Source: Eledone cirrhosa (Eukaryota). From it: a stretch of DNA of 64,000 nt. Location of the stretch: positions 37,324,001 to 37,388,000 of the forward strand of contig OZ024746.1 in the NCBI GenBank assembly GCA_964016885.1, written 5' to 3'. The notes beneath the pieces were generated by a model. That model ran no database searches. It was not told the origin of the DNA and worked only from the letters and a program-made list of their open reading frames with translations. The position numbers and the translations under genes are program-made. Shown here piece by piece: positions 49,280 through 64,000 of the stretch; position 1 is the first letter of the stretch, and each line of letters begins with the position of its first letter.

Positions 49280-49715
49280 TCTCCTCCTACCCCTGCCCAT
49301 ACTGTAGTCTTAAATAATTGTACAAATATATACGTTCATAAGGCAATGGAAATTATCTTTCAAAAATCTTTTCCATTAACATGGGATACACTTCAGGAGA
49401 TACATTACATATATTCCTAGTGATAATAAAAGTACTTGCGAGATAAATCTCGAATAATTACAAATCACACTGGAAGATTTACAGTGTGCTGCCTGCAATC
49501 TACTTTGCAAAATAACATCCACTTTATTAGAAAGGGATCAATTATTGTTTTCACGCTGCAAATCCCTTACGTTTTAGACATAGGTGGACCAGATGACAAG
49601 GAAATGGAGATTCACAACAATATATATTTTGAAATACACGCACACACACACATACGCAGAGATACTAATACAACCACACCCACTCATTATACCCGCTCTC
49701 AAGCCTCCCCCTCTT

Positions 49716-52910
<3,195 letters not shown>

Positions 52911-52940
52911 TTATATATATATATAAATTTAATATAGAAG

Positions 52941-52991
52941 AGCTTTTACAGGACTAGAACTGTTTCATTTATGAGAAATCATCAGGAAGCT
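52941..52991 (-). ncRNA. Type I hammerhead ribozyme motif (55348 family)
   Basis: Minus strand reads AGCTTC-CTGATGA-TTTCTCATAAAT-GAA-ACAG ttctagtc CTGT-A-AAAGCT. Confidence 0.65.
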
Positions 52992-53052
52992 GGCTGTTCA
53001 AATAAGTGTATGTGTGTATATGTGTACATATATATATAAGAAATCGTTATAT

Positions 53053-53492
<440 letters not shown>

Positions 53493-53546
53493 AGAGAACA
53501 ACCAACAGAGATGCAGCACACATGATACGGTTTTTGTTTCACGCTG

Positions 53547-53611
<65 letters not shown>

Positions 53612-53612
<1 letters not shown>

Positions 53613-54754
53613 AAAAATTTCAGGTTATCAATAATGTAGTGATAATTCAACCCATCCATGGCAATACAACAACGCAAAATTGTAATTGTAACTGTATCCA
53701 ACCAGGAATGTGTCCGTTGAACAATCAGTGTCTTGAACGCAACATCGTATACAGATGTACTATCGAATCGGATAGACAGAAGTGGTACTATGTGGGATCT
53801 ACAGCCACCTCCTTCAAATCACGCCTTTATAGACACCGTTATTCGATAAAACATGAAAACCAGCGTTATGTAACAACACTCGCAGACAAGGCTTGGCAGC
53901 TGCGTGAAAATAACCAACAATTTCACCTAAAATGGGATATAATAGCGATGCCCCCCCATATCCAATGGACAGGAATTTTGTAAATTATGTAATGTAGAAT
54001 TATTTTGTATTATGAAATCTAAAAACATTTTATTAAATAACAGATGGAGCGATCGTTATACTGTAACCATCGCCTAAAATCTACATTTTCATATTATAAA
54101 TACTACCAGGATTGAACGCCTGTCTCTATCCCCGTTTGATTGTCAAAATAGATATGAACATTCTTTATTATTCTTAATTCTATCAACTCTTCTATTATTT
54201 ACCTTTTAATACAAACTGCTATAGATAAAATGAGATTTCTGATTTCTTGATTCAATTCCCTAGTGCATATACCAGCCGGCTACTAGCTTTGATGTTATTT
54301 AGTAGCAATCGAAATCTCCCCCTTCCCCAATTGACACTTTATAATTAATACTACTGCACCAAATGACCAGCCCTGTCCACTGTCCAGTTGGTCAAGTAGA
54401 GATTAAAATTGGCACTCCCAAAATTCTTATTTAGATTTACTCATGGTATTCTCATTAAAAACCCATTATATACTTGTCTAGCAGTAAATTATTTTACCAT
54501 CTGTCATATTCTATCCCCTCTGTTCCTTCCTCTTTTACTAATATAAATACTTCAATTTTTCTGATTTTATCCAGTTTATCCAAAATCTCTGAAGAAGTGA
54601 CAACTGATTATACATTTGCTTTCGAATACTTGCTAACATTATATGATTACGCAAGCAGCGACACATAGGTATTCGGTCTGTTACAGAAACATATGTCAAT
54701 ACCTAATAAATTCCTTTTTTAACAAAAGCACTTTCATTTTATATTCATCCTTTC

Positions 54755-54755
<1 letters not shown>
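53612..54755 (+). mobile_element. Second, shorter copy of the Naiad-type PLE at 20762 (linker, GIY-YIG, 3' repeat)
   Basis: CNCIQPGMCPLNNQCLERNIVYRC...YYVGSTATSFKSRLYRH. Closely matches 21680-22810. Confidence 0.9.
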
Positions 54756-54789
<34 letters not shown>

Positions 54790-54791
54790 AT

Positions 54792-54840
<49 letters not shown>

Positions 54841-55347
54841 TATATGTATGTATTTGTGTATGTATATGTGTGTATGTATGTATGTATGTGTGTAACATTA
54901 TGTGTGTTTGTTAGTAGGCGCGTGTATGAATGTGCTTGTCGACACCTGGAATATATATTAAGTGAAACTTCACAATAAGGGGGTTCACCACAACACTTTA
55001 ATCATTTAAAGGAACTCTTTCTGCCTTTGTCGCCCTTATTTCAGCCATAAAGAATTAGCTTCTAAAGAATTCCCGTTTTCTTTAAACCATTGAACCCCAC
55101 CCATCCTGTAGACACCTGTCTTACATGCATTGATAGTCTAATTGATAAACAGGGATTGGTATACCAATTTTGAATTTGTTTACAGTATTTTTTCTGCCTT
55201 TGTTAATAGTATAGCTTTAAAGAATTAGTTTTTAATGAACACAATTGTCTTTAAATCCTTCAACCAATGACTTCCATCCACCCCAACCCCCACCCTCTCC
55301 TACCACCAGAAAAGGAGAGATATAAATACTACCACTTATTTGGACAG

Positions 55348-55402
55348 CCAGCTTCCTGATGATTTCTCACGAATGAAACAGTTCTAGTCCTGTAGAAGCT
55401 GG
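55348..55402 (+). ncRNA. Type I hammerhead ribozyme motif
   Basis: CCAGCTTC-CTGATGA-TTTC tcac GAAT-GAA-ACAG ttctagtc CTGT-A-GAAGCTGG. 8-bp stem I, 4-bp stem III, GUA triplet, weak stem II. Confidence 0.78.
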
Positions 55403-55509
55403 TCTATATTAAAACGTTTATACTCTGCTATGTATTGAGTACCTTACTAACTGTGGTTACCTGCGATTCAACCCGGAATAACTTTTATATATATATATAT
55501 ATATATATA

Positions 55510-58409
<2,900 letters not shown>

Positions 58410-58474
58410 TACGTATTAGTGTCTGTGTTTATGGATGCATGTGTGAGTGTAGACGTGCATGTGCATGTGCGTTC

Positions 58475-58519
<45 letters not shown>

Positions 58520-58520
<1 letters not shown>

Positions 58521-59092
58521 TTCCCCTCTCTCTGCATCTCTCAACTTCTTTTTACCCCCTCTGTCAGTCACATTCTCTCTCAGATGGCCTCTTCCTCACA
58601 CTTTCACTCACTTACTCACTCTCTGCTTCTCCCCCCTCTCTCTTCCTACCGTTTGACTTGTGTGAAAGACTTTTCTCGCTCACATCTCACCCTGGTCGGA
58701 TGGTCTGTATCTCATGTCCATGATTTCACAAAGCTTAAGCTTATAGATATCATTTACTTGTCTCTTCCAATCTTTCCGTTGGAATACCATCTTTGTTTGT
58801 TTACATGTCTCGCTCGCTTCACCCTATTTTACTTGTCCCAATAAATTTATTTAGTTATTGCTCCCACCAACCAGAGGTATATGATTTTTAAAGCGATGAA
58901 ATACCAATGAAGGTTGGAAGATCACTGATGAAGGACTAGTTTTATTTATATATATATATCACCCTAAAACATTAGTGTCTGCTGATCTGTTTACATGCCA
59001 ACACGAGAGCAAGAATGAGGGGCTCATTATACTGACATGGCTTAAAAGAGGATGTTTTCATATTATTGTTAATATTTGAAAACCCGATTTTT
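58520..59092 (+). mobile_element. PLE-type 3' fragment with degenerate HHR (58922-58981)
   Basis: CA-CTGATGA-AGG...CCT-AAAAC attagt GTC-TG. The terminus TTTGAAAACCCGATTTTT reappears inverted at 59293-59312. Confidence 0.45.
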
Positions 59093-59103
59093 ATATATAT
59101 ATA

Positions 59104-59260
59104 CATGGACACACTAGAAGAGGAAGACCAAGGTTAACATATGTTGATGCCCTAAGGACAGACACTGGTCTGTTGGAGATGCAGGATATGGCAGCGATAA
59201 TGAGGGACAGAGACCGCTGGAGAGAACTCGTCCATGGATCTCGGGAATTTTACCCGCCTT

Positions 59261-59262
<2 letters not shown>
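59104..59262 (+). mobile_element. RTE-clade LINE 3' end
   Basis: HGHTRRGRPRLTYVDALRTDTGLLEMQDMAAIMRDRDRWRELVHGSREFYPP*, the typical RGRP...DR..WR C-terminus. Confidence 0.8.
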
Positions 59263-59297
<35 letters not shown>

Positions 59298-59307
59298 GTC
59301 GGGTTTT

Positions 59308-59361
<54 letters not shown>

Positions 59362-59594
59362 TTAGAAACACACAGATACATGCGGACACACACATATATA
59401 CATGAATGCATCCGCACCCAACTGTGAGTTAAGGGTGCCAACTTCACCGATGTTGCTCAATGAATGACTGGGACAGACCAATTCAGTTGAACTAGACTGA
59501 ACCAGTATCAGAGTTAAAAATACATTATGAAGAGAGAAGAAACATTTAGATATAATTAGTAATAAAATGTATCATACCTAAACTGCTCCTAAAT

Positions 59595-59683
59595 TCCTCG
59601 ACTACGTAGTTTCGTGGCATAAACAAAACAATATATCATAAAGATATAGAGTCCTTGCGAGGTCTGCCGACTTATCAAGAGGA
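59595..59683 (-). ncRNA. Type I hammerhead ribozyme, U3-A8 variant
   Basis: Reverse complement of 60589-60678. Confidence 0.8.
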
Positions 59684-60588
59684 TACCTCATTTTACTAGT
59701 CTCAAGAACGCGTCTACACGACGTGAGAAAGAATCCCAAAAGGCGGAGGGGGAGATAGTCACGCGATATAACGGTCGAGAAACAGAGCTAAGCCTCTTAT
59801 AACCCCGAAGAAAATACCACGGAGGCGGAGTGGGTATCTATATCGAGGCCGTAGAAGAGGTGGTGAAGAAGGCGAGAAGTATGAGTAATGGAAGCTTTCC
59901 AGCTGTCCCCACACTTCAAAGATTGCTCGACCAGAGGGAGTTATTAACAATATATTTAGAAATACATGCGGACACACACATATATGCATGAATGCATCCG
60001 CACCCAACTGTGAGTTAAGGGTGCCAACTTCACCGATGTTGCTCAATGAATGACTGGGACAGACCAATTCAGTTGAACTAGACTGAACCAGTATCAGAGT
60101 TAAAAATACATTTTATTACTAATTATATCTAAATGTTTCTTCTCTCTTCATAATGTATTTTTAACTCTGATACTGGTTCAGTCTAGTTCAACTGAATTGG
60201 TCTGTCCCAGTCATTCATTGAGCAACATCGGTGAAGTTGGCACCCTTAACTCACAGTTGGGTGCGGATGCATTCATGTATATATGTGTGTGTCCGCATGT
60301 ATCTGTGTGTTTCTAAATATATTGTTAATAACTCCCTCTGGTCGAGCAATCTTTGAAGTGTGGGGACAGCTGGAAAGCTTCCATTACTCATCCTTCTCGC
60401 CTTCTTCACCACCTCTTCTACGGCCTCGATATAGATACCCCGTCCGCCTCCGTGGTATTTTCTTCGGGGTTATGAGAGGCTTAGCTCTGTTTCTCGACCG
60501 TTATATCGCGTGACTATCTCCCCCTCCGCCTTTTGGGATTCTTTCTCACGTCGTGTAGACGCGTTCTTGAGACTAGTAAAATGAGGTA

Positions 60589-60678
60589 TCCTCTTGATAA
60601 GTCGGCAGACCTCGCAAGGACTCTATATCTTTATGATATATTGTTTTTGTTTATGCCACGAAACTACGTAGTCGAGGA
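60589..60678 (+). ncRNA. Type I hammerhead ribozyme, U3-A8 variant
   Basis: TCCTC-TTGATAA-GTCGGCA...TGCCAC-GAA-ACTACGTAGT-C-GAGGA. Predicted cut after C60673. Confidence 0.82.
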
Positions 60679-61183
60679 ATTTAGGAGCAGTTTAGGTATG
60701 ATACATTTTATTACTAATTATATCTAAATGTTTCTTCTCTCTTCATAATGTATTTTTAAATCTGATACTGGTTCAGACTAGTTCAACTGAATTGGTCTGT
60801 CCCAGTCATTCATTGAGCAACATCGGTGAAGTTGGCACCCTTAACTCACAGTTGGGTGCGGGTGCATTCATGTATATATGTGTGTGTCCGCATGTATCTG
60901 TGTGTTTCTAAATATATTGTTAATAACTCCCTCTGGTCGAGCAATCTTTGTAGTGTGGGGACAGCTGGAAAGCTTCCATTACTCATACTTCTCGCCTTCT
61001 TCACCACCTCTTCTACGGCCTCGATATAGATAACCCCGCCGCCTCCGTGGTATTTTCTTCGGGGTTATAAGAGGCTTAGCTCTGTTTCTCGACCGTTATA
61101 TCGCGTGGCTATCTCCCCCTCCGCCTTTTGGGATTCTTTCTCACGTCGTGTAGACGCGTTCTTGAGACTAGTAAAATGAGGTA

Positions 61184-61273
61184 TCCTCTTGATAAGTCGG
61201 CAGACCTCGCAAGGACTCTATATCTTTATGATATATTGTTTTTGTCTATGCCACGAAACTACGTAGTCGAGGA
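61184..61273 (+). ncRNA. Type I hammerhead ribozyme, U3-A8 variant
   Basis: Same motif one unit downstream. Predicted cut after C61268. Confidence 0.82.
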
Positions 61274-61339
61274 ATTTAGGAGCAGTTTAGGTATGATACA
61301 TTTTATTACTAATTATATCTAAATGTTTCTTCTCTCTTC

Positions 61340-61403
<64 letters not shown>

Positions 61404-61451
61404 TACATACATACATACATACATACATACATACATACATACATACATACA

Positions 61452-61762
61452 TGGTGGCTGCCAACTCGTTTTCGAGTACGGCCACTACTTTATATCCATG
61501 TAGGAGAACCCCTACCGATGCGCTGAACGAGTGTGACTTTTTAGTCTCAGCCAGTGACTTGAAAACTCTGGTACAAACACTACACTTGTGACAATTATTG
61601 ACACATAGTGCTGGGCCCATGGTACCATGTGACGACAACTGCAGAGAGATCTCCAGATGTAAAGCAATGCCTGTGCTGTGAAGCTTTTATAGTGAGCAAA
61701 GGCACTGCACAAAGCCAGTCCCACTCTCTTAACCAAGATGATATTTACCAAAAAGAAGAACA
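61452..61762. repeat. Unclassified ~310-bp interspersed repeat in (CATA)n, copy 2
   Basis: Matches 10494-10805. Pure (CATA)n on both flanks. Confidence 0.85.
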
Positions 61763-62838
61763 ATATATACATACATACATACATACATACATACATACAT
61801 ACATACATACATACATACATACATACATACATACATCTGTGTGCGGATGTGTGCATTTTGCGGCTGTGTGCATTTTGAAACCTGTCTCACTGTTACACAT
61901 TATTTTTTTTTTAAATGTATGTAATATATAATAAATAATATAATTGTGTAAAGACGCATAAATATTTTGAAGGAAATTAGACAGCGACTGAGTTGATTCG
62001 TTTCTAAGCCATGTATGATAATAATATTGCCAGTAACATTTATTTTCCTCAATAGTATTATCGTACGTAACTTAGCTCTTTAAAATAAATGTTTTTAACA
62101 AACGCTCATATTTCAGACGGATCATAATTATTTATTATTTATCACTAATAAACATTCATAAATTCTTCAACAACGATTGCCCATTCATACACCAGATGTA
62201 GCTGAGGACTAAATCTAAATGTAGTTTATGGCAGGGCATTAAACATTAGCGCATTTAACAGATCAGCGCATGAGGCAAACGGGACAATTATACCATCATC
62301 GCATTCATCATTTACGTATTGAGACATCGAAGAGAAGACAAGAATAAATGATATAGGAGAATGAACGGAGAAATCTTTAGTTCATTTGGAACAGGAACAG
62401 GATCATACGTAAGCCCGTTATTCCCATAACATATTTTGCTGCCATGATCATCCAATTTCACGGTTTCGTTTCCCATTGCATAGCTATCTGCATCCGACCA
62501 GAAAATCCAGTTGCCATCATGCTGCCAAGAAAAAGGCTAATAACATTGTTCATTTATATTTTTTCTGGAAAATAATCCATTAAATTTGGCAAGTATTTCG
62601 CTGTAAGCTTTACAGATGAATAACCGAAAAGAAGTTGTATCGTATGCCATATGCTACAAGATCATGAGTAAATTATTCTAAGATCTGCAATGTGGCAAAG
62701 CCTGGTCCGATGATTCAAATACTCCATACATCATGGTTTAATTCGGGGATCAGTTATGTATACGGGAATGCATTCATGCACTATATATACACATACACAC
62801 AAACACACGCGCACACACACACGCACACACACACATAT

Positions 62839-62885
<47 letters not shown>

Positions 62886-64000
62886 TATATACGGGGCGGT
62901 GAGTGTTAGTGTGTATGTGTGTGTTTATATATAGTGATAGAGGGAAGAGACATAGCGACGGAAATAGAAGTTGCTGCCGCAACGAGGAATTCAGACTCGC
63001 ATTTCATAGATACTAAAAGGACAAGGCACCTTGATAACACTTACCGTGAACCTCCGCCACCTATCTCTGCTCTCTCATGCTTCGGCGTTTTTTCTCGTAT
63101 TTCTTTGTTATTTTAATTTATCTCCATTTCCAAGCGAGAATGCATTAACTCTGTGTGTTTTTCCTTGTTCTGGTTTTAAGGTCATACTGAAATAGTTCAT
63201 TAATTTCATTGGTAAGATGAGTTAAGCTCAATGCGCATTTTTATCATTCGTTTTTCAGAAGCGAACATTTATAGTGTATATTCTACCTTTTCAATGCACA
63301 TTCCTTGAATGCTTTATTATTGTTGATATTTTTCCTTATGATATCAATCAATTTATCATTGTTTTATTATATTTCCTGCAACTGCATCCTGGATTAACTC
63401 TAGTAACATTAGAGTTGGTAATGTTAGTTTTCGTTGATGGGCAGCAAGAGTAGCTGATTTTAACTACATTTCTATTGAATATCTTATTATAACTATGATT
63501 AGGGGGAAAAATGTATGTCTAGAAGGTCGAGGAATTTTCTTCCTACGTCAGTTTTAACAGTTAGAGAGAAGGGGGGGGGGGTGTAAACCAAATAATTTTT
63601 ATTTTCCTGTTATCGTGTTTATTGTTAGAAAGAGGGGTAGGTAAATATTTAATTTGTTCGCTGAAGCTGCTGTTATTGAGGACCTTACTATAATTAGTTA
63701 AAAATGTCTATATACGAAGATAAGGTAGAAATCCTACGGCTAATGTTAGGAATAAGGTTTTTAAAGACTATAGGGGGATGGCAAGACACTTTCTGTATAT
63801 ATCTTAAATTGTCATTAGGTTTATGATAAGGTTTAAAAGAGGCGGTAAGTAGGTCAAGATTGATATCAAGAAAGTTAGTATTAGTAAAATTCGTATATAT
63901 AGTAATGTTTTGGTTTAAGTAGCAAAAGTATTGATTAAGTCTTTACGGAATTTATCAAGGTTATTGCCGTTGGTGGTACGAGAAACTTCCAAACCGTCGT

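Larger units (their letters stand above)
59354..61344. mobile_element. 595-bp tandem repeat with one HHR per unit, arranged as an inverted array (retrozyme-like / non-autonomous PLE)
   Basis: ~1.3 units on minus (59354-60110) then ~2.1 units on plus (60105-61344). Period 595 (60591 vs 61186). (TA)n on both ends. No credible ORF. Confidence 0.85.

Noticed and set aside
49073-49420. Poly-Lys/Leu/Phe ORFs
   Set aside because: Translation of the (CTT)n tract.
59759-61322. Short repeated ORFs inside the 595-bp unit
   Set aside because: No recognisable domain, non-ATG starts and frame differences between units. The unit is best read as non-coding.

Overview
AT-rich, microsatellite-dense animal DNA. 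It is probably a cephalopod mollusc, inferred only from the SINE types and the (TA)n/(CA)n load. No complete host gene is visible, only a few weak exon candidates. Nearly all long low-complexity ORFs in the track are translated microsatellites. Real coding content is transposon-derived: (i) R4/Dong-type RT plus restriction-like-endonuclease non-LTR elements sitting in (TAA)n, including three stacked head-to-tail at 14.9-20.2 kb; (ii) Penelope-like elements (PLEs; Naiad-type and Neptune-type RT plus GIY-YIG); (iii) a mariner relic, an RTE 3' end and many tRNA-derived SINEs. The main hidden signal is about 20 type I hammerhead ribozyme (HHR) motifs from at least 10 unrelated sequence families, read by eye, several with the compensated U3-A8 core. 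They lie in fold-back elements whose two 3' ends always point outward into (TA)n tracts. The best candidate system is a non-coding 595-bp tandem unit with one intact HHR per unit (59.35-61.34 kb), predicted to release a 595-nt retrozyme-like, possibly circular, RNA. All structures were assigned manually, with no folding or database searches.
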